Below, piece by piece: positions 12,253-24,320 of a stretch of 64,000 bases of DNA (the first letter of the stretch is position 1; each line of letters begins with the position of its first letter). The notes beneath the pieces are model-generated. The model was not told the DNA's origin and made no database searches. It saw only the letters and a list, made by a program, of their open reading frames with translations. Made by a program: the position numbers and the translations under genes. The DNA comes from Selaginella moellendorffii (lineage: Eukaryota > Plantae > Lycopodiophyta), in assembly GCF_000143415.4 (NCBI RefSeq), contig NW_003314265.1, positions 1,508,446 through 1,572,445 of the forward strand. Reading direction: 5' to 3'.

Positions 12253-13350
12253 TCATTTGTCACTCTGATCAATCGTGCTCCTTGTCTCTCCTAGCTCTAC
12301 ATCCAAAGAATTTTGATTCAACGGTTTCTTCTCCTCTTGATCCGTGTCAGTCTCCTCCTCCTCTGGATCCTGATCGTCCAGCGGTGCCGGGCGCTTCTCC
12401 AGCGACTGCTGGTACGCGATCCCCCCGCCAATGCAGGTGAGCAGCGCGATCGTCCCCGCCAGCGACGCGTGCCTGTCCCACACCACCAGATTTATCGCCA
12501 CCGTGAGCAGCTTGTTCACCACCCCGAGCACCGTGAAGCTCGTCGCGGAGATATTCTTCCGGCAGGCAAACCCAAAGAACGAAATCGACAGCCCAAACGC
12601 GCACGACAGCACCACGGGCAGCCAGGTGCCCAAGGAGCGCCACTCCACCGCCGCCACGCCCGCCACCACCGCCCCACCACGAAACGACGCCACTGCCGCG
12701 CTCCCCTCGCCAGTGACTAGCAGCTCCACCGGGTATAGCAGCAGGGCCTCAAAATTATTGTAGAGCACGAGGCCCCACGTACCCAGCCCCACGGTCATGA
12801 CCACATGCTTGATATACACAAAGTCGACGGCCATGCTGGCCAAATAGGCCATGGCCCATCCGTACGCGTGGAGCTCGAAGTGGGAGTCCGTGGTCACGTA
12901 CGCGGCGGCGCCGCCCAGGATGAGCGCCAGCGCCGCCCAGGTTCTTGGGAGCGGCCAGGGCTGGCGGAGGAAGACCGTGTCGCCCACGGCCACCAGCAGC
13001 GGCACGGCGGAGCGAAACACAATGAATGTGTCAACGTTGGCGTGGAGGAGGAGCTCGCTGTTGGTGAAGAGGGACATGTAGTAGCAGAGCGCGGCGGGGA
13101 TGAAGCGGAGAAGCGTGGCGGCGCGGAGGGGGTCGTGGTCGAGCAGTCCCGCGCCGCCGGGGCCGAGGAGGAAGACGGCAAGCGCGCTGGTGGCGTACTG
13201 GAGCGCGGTGAGCGAGCCCGGGAAGGGGAAGCGCATCACCGCCCACTTGTTGATGATGGAGAGGAGCGACGCCGAGAGGCAGTAGCCGGCGGCGGTGCCG
13301 TAGACAGCGGCGGCGTTGAGGAGGAAGGCGGGGGGCGATCCCAATTTCAT
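12253..13350 (-). CDS. GONST3: Golgi GDP-sugar transporter, GONST3/GGLT1-type; intronless
   Basis: 365-aa multi-TM ORF: YGTAAGYCLSASLLSIINKWAVMRFPFPG, ANVDTFIVFRS, GLVLYNN, ISATSFTVLGVVNKLLTV. Confidence 0.9.
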   Translation of the reverse strand: MKLGSPPAFLLNAAAVYGTAAGYCLSASLLSIINKWAVMRFPFPGSLTALQYATSALAVFLLGPGGAGLLDHDPLRAATLLRFIPAALCYYMSLFTNSELLLHANVDTFIVFRSAVPLLVAVGDTVFLRQPWPLPRTWAALALILGGAAAYVTTDSHFELHAYGWAMAYLASMAVDFVYIKHVVMTVGLGTWGLVLYNNFEALLLYPVELLVTGEGSAAVASFRGGAVVAGVAAVEWRSLGTWLPVVLSCAFGLSISFFGFACRKNISATSFTVLGVVNKLLTVAINLVVWDRHASLAGTIALLTCIGGGIAYQQSLEKRPAPLDDQDPEEEETDTDQEEKKPLNQNSLDVELGETRSTIDQSDK

Positions 13351-13619
13351 GGTTGCTGCGCGATCAATCTGGAGGGGGAGATCAAGAAGAGGGAGCGAGC
13401 GAGCGAATTGGATCGGGGAATTCGTTAGATTGAGACCATTGTGTGTGTGTGTGAGTGTGTGTGTGTACCAGAAGCCAGCGGGATTTACGTTGCTGCCGCC
13501 GCTTTCGCAGGCGCGCCTCCTCCATTCTGCGCCATTGCGTCCTCCGCTTCCCTAGAAAACTAGATACAGAGCATAGTAATCTCCGGTACGGAATTAGACA
13601 ACGTCGTACGGCAAAGATC

Positions 13620-14294
13620 TTAGATCCGGTTGGCGATGGCGAAGGCGACCTTGCAGTGCTTCTTGGCCTCCTCCAGCCGCTGGAACAGCGCCTCGCCCTT
13701 GTTCGCGGCCTTGACCAGCTTTAGCTCCGCCTCGAGCAGCTCCATTGCGCGTAGCAGCTCCAGGACGTCGAGATCCCGCACGCCCTCCTCGCCCATGAGC
13801 TTCTTGGCGTCCTTCCTCACCTTGGCGATCACCACCGCGCCCGATGCCGCGATGATCTGTCCGCTGCCGAATCCTCTGTCCAGCAGCCCGCCGTACATGA
13901 TCATCAGGTCCCCGATCGCCGCGCCCTTGCCCCGCGTCAGCACCCATCGCTTCGTCCTGTATGGCGCGCTGAATGCCTCCACCTGGCCGCGGTTCCTGGC
14001 CATGATCTTGGCCTCCTCCACCGATGGCCCTCTCTCTAGCTTGGCATTGCTCACTTCCTCCGCTGGATTGCTCGCATTCTCGACATCCGGCTCTGCAATC
14101 CCTCCATCGGTCTTTGGATCACCAATGTCCTGATCGCGAGCCACTGCGAGCCTGCTTGGTGATTCCGATTGGCCAGAGCAAGCCACAATTCGCAGATTTC
14201 CCTGCAATGCGTGCCGTGATTGACATTGCTTCCGGCCCGGGCTCCAATGCGCGGGCCGAAACAATGTGGGGGAATTCGCGGCCAGTCCCGCCAT
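13620..14294 (-). CDS. Chloroplast protein, probably senescence-associated AAF/SPA15-like
   Basis: Intronless ORF with transit-like N-terminus (MAGLAANSPTLFRP) and helical C-terminus (GAAIGDLMIM..ELLRAMELLEAELKLVKA..LFQRLEEAKKHCKVAFAIAN). Family call is from recollection only. Confidence 0.55.
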   Translation of the reverse strand: MAGLAANSPTLFRPAHWSPGRKQCQSRHALQGNLRIVACSGQSESPSRLAVARDQDIGDPKTDGGIAEPDVENASNPAEEVSNAKLERGPSVEEAKIMARNRGQVEAFSAPYRTKRWVLTRGKGAAIGDLMIMYGGLLDRGFGSGQIIAASGAVVIAKVRKDAKKLMGEEGVRDLDVLELLRAMELLEAELKLVKAANKGEALFQRLEEAKKHCKVAFAIANRI

Positions 14295-15728
14295 AGCCAG
14301 AGATGGGAGATAAGCTGGTGGAGCGAAAATGGACGGTGGAGATTTGATAAGAAAGAAATGCATTGTCTGTCATGGGAAGATTTAAAACAACAAAAAAGGG
14401 TAGCGGAGACCACACTGCTTGTTCATACTTAGTGCCTTGCACATGATCGAGAAAAGCTTGTTTCTTCTTTAAACTAGGAATCTGACCTTTCATGGTATAA
14501 ATTTAGTGTTTGCGCTCAGCTTGAGTGTGGATGTGAAAGTATTAAATGAGTTAATTTTGGTTTTCACTTTATTAACTTCACTTGAGGTATTTGATCAGGC
14601 ACTATGTTTTTATTTTTCGTTTTTCCATTTTTTTTTTACAGGATTGCAATATGTTCTCTAGATTGTATAATGATTCCACAGTCAATTTTATTGGTGTTTT
14701 ATGGCCATTTTGTTCACCATCTAAATGGTTGAGGTCTAATTTGCCTCTGGGTTCAAAGCTTGGAAATGATAATGGTGAGCTTGTTTTGGGTACAGAATTT
14801 TGGAAGACATCAATACTTTCTAGATGCTTTGGGAAGTTGCTTAAACAGCACAGGCCAATATATTCCTACAGCATTTCCCTTGGACATAATGAGAATGGTT
14901 ATCTGATATTCTGTACATAGTATATTAATAAAATAAATCTCTCCTTCTGTGTGAATATAAGAATCCTAATTAGAAAATTAATTTTGTACTTTTAAATGCT
15001 ATTTAACTTTATAAAATGACTTACAAAAACCTGAAAAACTGGGCAAGACAAAATATAATGATAAAAAAAGAAGAAATGTTAAATAGGTATTTTGGGCCCA
15101 GACCAAAATAAAAGTAAAAAAAGAAAATACTAAGAATAAGTATGTGTACAATTTGGCGATAAATGTGATTGTGCATGAGAGCATTATATATTTATATATG
15201 TGTAATTTTTTATTTTCATGAGTTGCATGAAAAAATATTATGCATACAATCACTTTTTGATTGCTATATAAGCAATTAAAACATGATTGTTATTTGAAAA
15301 AGGTTTTAGCTTTTTAAATTCTTTCTGGAAGACTATTTATAATGTCTCTCTTTGAAGATGATTAGGAAGGGAACATTTTAGGATCTGGTGGCAGATATTA
15401 CCACTATGATTAAGGCCAGTGGTCAACAAAAGCAATTCAATGTTGCATGTATAAGAGATGCACACATTTCATCTTCAATACTAGATCTGGAAGAGGTTTG
15501 TGGCATTTCTCTAGTCTCTATAGTAAAACTAGGACTCTTTTAAAGATGGGTTAGTGCATTTATCTCGTGTAGGAGGCAGGGTAACATGCTCCTGGAAAAT
15601 GTTCACACCTTGCTTGGATTTACAAATTAAAGTCATATTGTGATTGGGCATTGTTTTAGCACTAGAAGCAAGTTGGTGGTGGAATGCTTTATAGTAGCAA
15701 TTTTGCATATCATGGAACATAATAGATG

Positions 15729-15828
15729 NNNNNNNNNNNNNNNNNNNNNNNNNNNNNNNNNNNNNNNNNNNNNNNNNNNNNNNNNNNNNNNNNNNNNNNN
15801 NNNNNNNNNNNNNNNNNNNNNNNNNNNN
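15729..15828. other. Assembly gap (100 N)
   Basis: Run of N characters. Confidence 1.
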
Positions 15829-16022
15829 TGTTTGACAAGAGACTTAGCTTAGTTAATTGTGATCATCTCTCTCCTCTCATTTCTCACAGTTGTGACTTAT
15901 TTCTCATGGCTTGGAGGTGTATGTCAATCATATCATGCCCTAATATAAGCATTATGCTTCAATTAATTGATTGCATCTTTTATTTCTTGTGGCCTATTTA
16001 CAATGTGGTGCCCTAATCTAAT

Positions 16023-16134
16023 GTGGTGGCAAGTGTGATCAATTGGAGCACAATGATGAGTGTGATTAATTGGAGTGTAGTGGTGAGCATGATCAATTGG
16101 AGCATGGTGGCAAGCTTGATCTATTAGAGTGTAG
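16023..16134. repeat. Degenerate 27-bp tandem repeat, ~4 copies
   Basis: TGATCAATTGGAG-like core at 16036, 16063, 16090 and 16117 (period 27). Confidence 0.8.
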
Positions 16135-18826
16135 ATGCAAAACATTTCTTTAGGTACTTAGGGTGTTGAGTGTAGTGATTTTTGGCATTATAATGGTTAG
16201 TTGCATTGCAAATCGATAACATAAGTTTTTTCTTTTTGGGTTTTGCTCCTTAATTTAAGTTTTGTGGTTGTTGTAGTGATTGTGTTGTGGTGCATTATAA
16301 TGCAACGGTTATACATAAATAAATAACTGATTTATGCCCATTCCTCTCCAATGCATGTACTAATATGTTTCTTTCCATAGCTAAGAAGCAGAGAGTTTTG
16401 CAACAATAGGAACAATATGCACCTGGGTATATGGCTATAATGTGGCAGTTTGCTAACTTGCTAGGTCTAAACACTTGTATTATCTCATTGATGCAGACGC
16501 ACTTTTGAGCAAGCCTTTTGCTAGTATGTTTTGAATTTTAAAATGCATGTGAAGTCATTCATCTCATTTATTATGTCAAGCGTCAGGAATTAAGGCATTG
16601 TTGTGCTAATTGAGGATAGTAGGCTAGTAGAGTTTGCATGTGGGGATATTGTTTATATACCTTTGCACATCTATGTTTTTGTGTGTTTTTCAAGAGAAAA
16701 ATTTATGCTCTATTGGACCAGGCACTAGGATTTCTTAAGCATAGCTTTGGTGGCAATATTTGCTGATATACAAGCTCAAGATTGAAGACCATGTTATCCT
16801 CTTTTCTCCCAATATAGCAAGTGTGTGTGTGTGGGGGGTTTCCATGCAACCATGCAAGTTACAAAGCCAACAACACAAATAGAGGATGATGTTGTGGAGG
16901 AAGGTGAAGAGGGAGTGGCAAAAGAGCATCCCACTACCATGGAGATCCCAGAAGAAGTAGTGTTAGATCCCAAGAATGCAAAAGAAGTAGTTTTATAAGT
17001 GTAAGATGCCAAACCAGAAAAAGTTTATGTCACTATGGATGGTGTGATCATAATTTATGATATGTAAACATTACATTGAACCCTTTGCTTCTTTTTAGAT
17101 TTTTATTTCTTTGCATGGTTGCTACCACAGCTACAATGCAATTTTACATTGTGTAGTGTGAGATGGTGGACAAATGCAAGCTGGTGGTTGAATGCAAGGT
17201 TGTCAATGAACACGAAGTGGTAGAGAAGGACCTTCCTCATAATGTTATAGAGGAAGACCCTTCATGCGGGCACAAGGTGATGGTGGAGGAGACCCCATGT
17301 GGTATGGTAGTGGAGGAGGTTGGGCCTCCTCGTGAAATAGACACCCCAAGCTCACAGGTGTATGGTTCATATGATGAGGCTATATTTCATGTGAAGTAAG
17401 GAAAGAGGCTTTAGTTGAGGTTCCTTTAGCCAGCGAGCTAATGATGAGGAGGATGCTCCAGCTAACAAGGGAACACTCCTCACTGCATAGTGGTTCTTAG
17501 TGAAGAGGTGGAGGTGCCATGCAATAGCCTCCATGAAATAGAGGCTCCAAGCCTCCTTGTGAGCATGAGGATCTATGAAAGCTTCTTTATGAGTAAGAAT
17601 TGAAGGCTTATGCAAGATAAAGCTAATCCACTTTATGGTTTGTTGTTTTTAGGATAGACAAGATCACCATCTCAATGGAGTCTAAGCACAAGTCATCACC
17701 CTAATAGTTTATGTGAAATTATATAATACATTGTTAAAAGACTTGTATACTATTTATATTTAAATTCTTTTATCATAAGATTACATTACTATTATAAACT
17801 ACAAACTTGAAATTCTAAACAAGTTGGATCAAGTTAATAGTGCCTCACCTAATCATGCTCTTAAGAGTCTAGAGGTGGGAACCTTCTGTGGGAAAAAAAA
17901 TTTAACAATAATGATTACTGAATGTTACTTCTTAGATATTAAGTCAAGTTTATTATAAATTGGCTTAGCCTACATTTTCAAGCTCTTTTTTAAGATTAAG
18001 TTTTAAAAAGTGAATAAAATTATCACTCTCTATAGCCTTCTATACAATAGGGTGGAGTGGAATACTTTAGAAATTCTCTCCACTCTATTGTAATAATTCT
18101 CTGTCTTTATGATTATAGAATTAGAAAAATTAATTATATTTTCCAAGTATTAATTTGAGAATAAAATGGTATTATATAGCCCATTGTCTTTATTAATTTT
18201 CTCCAGATGTACTAATATGAAAAACTATATTTTAGTTATAGTTAATGATAGTAGACATTGGTGCTCTATATGCATCCACATATTCGTTTTTATGCATGCC
18301 TGCAACCTCCGCCTTTAGGTCAATTTAAACCTGGGTCAAGTTTTATTTTATAACTCGCCATAACCTTTATGATAGGCTTTACTAAACTCTATTCTCCACT
18401 ACGTTTTGCCCTTTACCTTTATAGCCGGAGAAGATAGGTGGAATACACTCTAAATACAGACCCATTGCTGCCCCGCGAAACTCCAAAAATTCACCCGCTA
18501 TCTATCGAGCAAGAGCAGAAATCATCTGGACTACATGTAGTGATCTGTACAGAAGGTAATCTCTTGGTATTCATGGAGCCCTGGTTCTCTGGGTGCGGCA
18601 ATTCACTAAGAAGGCGGAGAGAACTCGCCTTAAGTCTTGCTTACGCGCGTGAAGCACGCAAGGATTTATTCTTGCCGGCGAGCAAACAAACCGTGTTTTA
18701 AATAGGATTGAATTCAATGATTAAATAACTCAAGACATTAGATTGAAAACTAAACCAATATATATACCACGTGATTTGCGATTCATTTGATATTCACAGA
18801 TAACAAAGGAGGTAAGAATCGAGCCA

Positions 18827-20096
18827 TCAGAAGGCAATGAGAATCCAGCCCATGGTGCAACCAAATACCAAGCCAGCACCCGCGAGACTAACTCCCAGAG
18901 CAAATGCCAGTCCCACTGTACATCCCAGTACCATCGAGTTATCTGACTGCCTGCTGCGTTTCTTAGATCTCATGCCTTCTTGGTGCTGTTTGCTGGGATT
19001 GCTGGAGCGCTTGAGCGAGGAGCTGTGCTGCTGGTCCATCTTATCAAAAGCAGCGTCTTCATCTTGGGGCCATTGCTCTCCTAGCTCTTCTTCCTGTCGC
19101 CTAAGAATCGAGTTCTCTGCCTCTAAGTATCTGACCCAGTGCTTGTATGTTAGCGACACGGACGCCTCCCGGAAGAAGAGCTTTAGGAGCTGGTCTCTCT
19201 CCGATACCGCCTCGGCTGCCCGCTTCTCGGCCTCCCTGGCTCGTGTCTGCGACCGGCAAAGGGCCTCCCCGAGCAGCTCCGAGTCCATGTTCTTCCAAAA
19301 CATAGCGTCATTCCTGGAATTGAGAAGTATGAAACACTAGCACACGAAAAAATAGTGGGAGTGTAAGTTACCTCTCTTCTTCTGCTGTCGGTTTTTCTTG
19401 AGAGATCTCGACTGGAGTCGGGATTTTGCTCTTCAGTTTCGGATCCAAAGCTCCAAGGCTTCGAAACGCCAATGACGGTGCGGACGATGGTAGACCGGGT
19501 GTTGCGAGCTTCTCCCCCCCACCACCATGGAAAACATCCTCCTTCATGGCCGAAGGTCTCAGCAAGCCTTTTGCTGCCGGCGAGAGAGGCGGCGGCAAGT
19601 CACAGTTTCCCATATCCTCGGAAGACTTCCTCGCAATGAGAGCTGCCAGTTCGCTTTTGTTGGCGTGTCGCCACCTTTGGCCCATCACCTCGAGATTCTT
19701 GGCGGATAAGCTGCAGCTCACGCTCGTCTTCTCGGCTAGTGACCGGTCCTTGTCAAAATCTTTTGCATCGGTGGTGCACGTCGATGGCGAATCTATAGCT
19801 TGCCAGTCCGACTCGAGTGACTTAGTCCCCGCCTCTGCTTCCAGGCCCAAGCTTTTCTTAGATGGCGATCGATCACCGTCGTTTTCCATGTGAAAGTGGA
19901 AATCTAGCTTCCTGTCCGGCAAGAAGTAGTGCGAGCTGACGGCACTCCACCCATCGCTAAGCTCGTATTTCCCTCCTTGTGCCTTTGTCTTATAGGCCTC
20001 GTCGTCCGGCTTTGATGATCGCTTGGCGTCCTCGTGGAGTAAGTAGCAAGTGGCGGCTGTTCTGTGCCAGGCGGTCCTCATCTCCGCGGCGGCCAT
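18827..20096 (-). CDS. Conserved plant protein of unknown function with coiled coil and C-terminal TM; two coding exons
   Basis: MAAAEMRTAWHRTAATCYLLHEDAKR, RWRHANKSELAALIARKS..NCDLPPP, ELLGEALCRSQTRAREAEK..LFFREAS, and TM tail GLAFALGVSLAGAGLVFGCTMGWIL. Confidence 0.85.
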
Positions 20097-20705
20097 CTCC
20101 TGCAGCACGACGATAGTGTCACGTTTGGTCCTTCCAAGGAGGAAGAACAAAAAAAAAAAACTATCCAAAAGGCTGGAACTTACTTAGAACAGTGACCCGC
20201 AAGAAAGCACTGACCCCGACGAGAGTCGCTGGCACGTCAAAAAATTTCCCAAATGCTCGGGCGGTAGAGTGTCAGGGAAGGAATAATGTCATTGCCTTGG
20301 CTTGACGAGCAGAATCGCGAAGCGAAATCGCGACTACCCTACGCGAGCTAAAGAAAGAGAAAAATCGCGACACGAGATCTAAGATCAGATCTAACCTGGA
20401 AAAGGTGCGCACCACGAAATTCTAGAGGCGTGGGGCGGATAGCGCTTCATCCCCGTGCCATCGCGAGCTGATAAACCCTAAATTCGCCATGGATACTTGT
20501 CCTCCTAAATTGCCTTCTTCGCTCGTATCGCATGAGCGCGGAAAAGAAAAATCCCCAATTCCTGTCATATGACATTCGCTTACGTGTCAGATGACGTGTC
20601 TTATCATCTGAACCCTCGATAATATCCTCATTGTTTTTTATCCACTGACCAATCTCAAGGACACAGCGCAAAAGTACATTATGTTATCCTAATCTTTGGC
20701 TTTAA

Positions 20706-21782
20706 TCACGGAGCCGCTATTTTCTCCGGGTGTACTTTGTGCACTCGATTCATTAGTGTCAAAGCCTGTGTCACACACGCAAAAGAAAAAAGCGAAGGAA
20801 TCAGTCAAGGAAAATGCGAAGTTTGCAAGCTTGAGAACCTTTGTGAAGATGTGGCAAATCATGCCGATCGGGCAGAACATGAGGCACAGTATCAACGAAT
20901 GGCGAGTTTCAATGTTGTGTTCCAGCCCTTCGAGATAGATTTGTCTGGAAACAAGAGTTTAGGCGAGGTATGAAAGTGAATTCACAGAGTACCTCCCTAC
21001 GAATAGATCAGCAGCAAGAAGATGCACCCAGGCGGATGCAACGGTTACTGTGCTGGCAAACATTTGAGTAATCCCAGCGAGCTGCAAGAAGTTTTGTTAG
21101 AATTTTCCTTTTGGCTGAAAGCTGAAAGTACCTCTGGAAGGTAGTGCTTGGTTGCAAACATGTAGTGTAGAGTGTTAGGCGTCCAGGAAATGGATAGAAG
21201 ATAAGTGTACATGGCTCCGAGGACGACGTGAGGGATGTTGCTTTCAATCACACGCTTTGTCTGGAAAAGAAGATGTGAGTTAGCTAAGCTACAAAACTGA
21301 AATCTTAGATCAGCTCACCCAAGTTTTCTTTGGAGCCAGAATCATGATGGTGTAGAAGGGCATCACCAGCGTTGTCGCAAGCGTGAAGAGCGTGGATGAG
21401 AGTTGCACTGTGCTTGTAACTGCTTGGACAGGCACTGGACAACACCAAACTCTAAGAACAGTTGCAAGAGACGAGAAAGATGACTCACAGGATGCGGAGA
21501 TTTTATGGGGCCGACTTTGCCGCTTATGCTGGAACTTCGTCAGCTTGGATGAGAACAGTCCGCGACTTGGAAGTGTGGCAAGTGGAGGAGATCTAGTAGA
21601 TCGAGGTACCATCTTTGAAACACAAAAGAGAAAAGCGTTAGAAAACGTAATTAAAGCGAGGAAACATCTGTTTCTTGCCTGGATCGCTGAACAGCCATTT
21701 GCTCTGTATGGAACGAATGTTAGCAATCGAAGCTACGCAACACCAATCTTACTGACCTGTGCTGCGCTAGAACGATCTCCAT
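20706..21782 (-). CDS. ABA4: ABA DEFICIENT 4 / DUF4281 neoxanthin biosynthesis protein; multi-exon
   Basis: [24 protein letters not shown]|[37 protein letters not shown]|[30 protein letters not shown]|[27 protein letters not shown]. Start could be 21782 or 21612. Confidence 0.9.
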
Positions 21783-22157
21783 TCTTGACTATAGACGAAC
21801 CTCTGGTAGTCTCTTCCTCATGGGCTCCAAGAAAATGGAATGTAGCAAAGCCCCAGCCGCTTGAATGGCAGCGCACTGAGAGAATCTGAAGCACGATACC
21901 GCACTGTGAAATTTTTCTTGACAAATTGGAGGAATATTCGAACAAAATCGATAAGTGGAGATAAGCGTTGCCAGCTTCCCATTGGGTAGAGACTGTACTG
22001 ACAGACCACCTTGGCAACATCACTCACGATCGCTTGCGTTGCCTGAAAAAAAATTTGTCAAACATCTTCAGTCCGCGAGTGCTGTTGACAGTTACAACTG
22101 AAAAGAATCGCTTTCAAGACATTGCGTACCTTCCAGGATTGCGGGGAGACATAGAGG

Positions 22158-24249
22158 CTAAGATGGTAGAACTTGCGCCAAGTACTTGGACACGGTCTCG
22201 GCAGTTTCATACGCTCCTTCTACGCATCGACCAAGTGCAACACCCGCAACGTAGTTACCTCCCAGGAAAATTCCCTCGACTCCAGCATTCCTCAGACCAA
22301 ACCGAGCTGCTTCAACATGATCCAGGTGGCCTACTGTGAACTGCGGTATTGCTCGAGGCCACAACCGAACACCAAGAACTTTCGGTGGCTCCGCGTCTTG
22401 TTTCAAGAGCATCTTACGGAGATCTCTATCCACTGCCTCCACTATAGCATCATCTTCCTGCGACGCATATTATGTATTACGTTGTAGGCGATAATGGATC
22501 TGCGGCACAAACCTTCATTGATATTTGCATGTTGGTGGCACCTCCTATGTAGTTCAGTAAGAGAACACGGCCTTGGGGAGCACGGCCTGGAAAAAGAGAG
22601 GAACTGTAGATAGTTCCTGCAACAGCAAACAAAACATTTAGTCCTGCTCGAGAAGCCAAGAAACTCACCTAAAGTTTCTACTCCTTGGCTGCGAGGGTGA
22701 AGTTGGCCAAATCCACTCAAAACTCCATTGGACAAGCGATCTTCTCGAATGGCTGATTTAGGATACGATAAAGTTACTGCCACAACTGGAGGATAGAATA
22801 TCTCTGAGAGGGCATCAGAAACTGCAGGCTGAAACACAATCGTAAGAAACGTTAGCAAAAAAGCATTTGAAATAGCTTACGGAAACTGGTCGTAAAATCT
22901 CACTAGCAACGTAGGATGGAACTGTGAGGACGACAGATTTTGCCAAAACAGCCGTGGTTCCTTCTGGAGTATCATAAACAAGTGTATAGAGGCCCGCGGA
23001 TGTTTTCTTCACAGACAAGAGCTTCCACTTGAGCTTTATGCTATCGCCAAGCCTGAACACAACAACCGTAATTGTGTCAAAGCACACCAATTGTAATTGC
23101 TTACTTCGATGCTATAGCCTTGGGAAGCGAGATGAGACCCTTGCGAAATGATCCAACAGTTTGACCCTTTGGTTTCGGCAGTCGCCTACAACGAAAATGA
23201 AATCTCAGAGAGAACTGCTTTAATCAGACTTACTCATCACGAGGCGGAGGGGGATTCTTCTTCTTGTCCTGTATAAGCTTAATAGTTCCCCCGATGATGC
23301 TTCCACCTTGATCTTCCAGCTTCCATACTTTCCCGAATGCAGCTTTCATACTCAATTTCGAAGGATCACCAGCATAAACGCCTGAAATCCAACTAAGAGG
23401 AAAATCTACGTCAATCAAATAGTACTCACCTGAACAGAAAGGTTCGATCAGCCTCTCAAAGACTTCATCACCTAGGTTCCGACGAACAAACTGCTCTACG
23501 GATTCTTCACCACCCTGCACGAACAGAAAATAATGAATACCGTTTATTAAAAGAAAAACAAACAGAGGATACACTTGACATACCGGAGCTGGAGGCCTCA
23601 ATCCAAGAGCTCCCAGGCCAGCTCGTATCTTTCCCGCAAAGCTCATAAGATCAAAAAACGGAAGATCGCCGAGCCCCGCTGGTACTTTGCGAAGCTGTCC
23701 ACCCCACAAAACAAATCGAGGAGCATCGGGGTCCCCGAGAACAAGCTCGTCTTTCAGTCCGCTGTCAACCTGCAAGGAATATCAAAACGCGAAGAAAATC
23801 AAGAGACTACGTACCGCCATGGTGAGCATAGAATCGTTGGGCTGGAAGCTGTTCGGTCCTTCCTCCCACAAATATCCATCCGACTCCAGCGTCGTGATAT
23901 TTCCCCCTACTCTCTCCCTTGCCTCGGTCACCAGGATGGAGCTAACCGGCAGGCCGTGCTTCGTTGCTAGCGCCTGTGCTGTGCAAAGCCCCGAGATCCC
24001 AGCTCCCACTATCACGCAATCCAGGGACTTTCCCTCGGCGGAGCGCTCGGACACCGAGGGCGGGCTCACTGCTGGCTGCTTTGCGATCACTGGCACTACT
24101 GTCCTGCCGGGGGACGAGAACTTCCGGCATTGCTGCTGGAAGATTTTCTGCCTGGCCCTGGAGGTGGAGGAGGTGTGGCGCCTGCATTGGAGTACCTGGT
24201 GAGGATGAGGGATGTGGAGAGCTGTTGGAGCAACTTGAAACACCTCCAT
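22158..24249 (-). CDS. PPOX1: Plastid protoporphyrinogen oxidase 1; multi-exon
   Basis: Transit peptide, [85 protein letters not shown]. Confidence 0.97.
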
Positions 24250-24320
24250 TGCTTTGGCGATTAGGGCTCCTTGGCCCCTCTGTTCCCTATACCATAGCTT
24301 TTTAGTCTAAACGAGCGCTT

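Larger units (their letters stand above)
14520..18300. mobile_element. AT-rich, CpG-depleted island, probably decayed transposon remnants
   Basis: Abrupt composition shift, few CG dinucleotides, broken Glu/Val-rich reading frames at ~16880-17400, gap and tandem repeat inside. No recognisable transposase motif. Confidence 0.4.

Noticed and set aside
15640-16016. ORFs spanning the N run
   Set aside because: Artefacts of the assembly gap.
22158-24249. Herbicide-resistance-type substitutions in PPOX1
   Set aside because: The motifs inspected ([21 protein letters not shown]) look wild-type.
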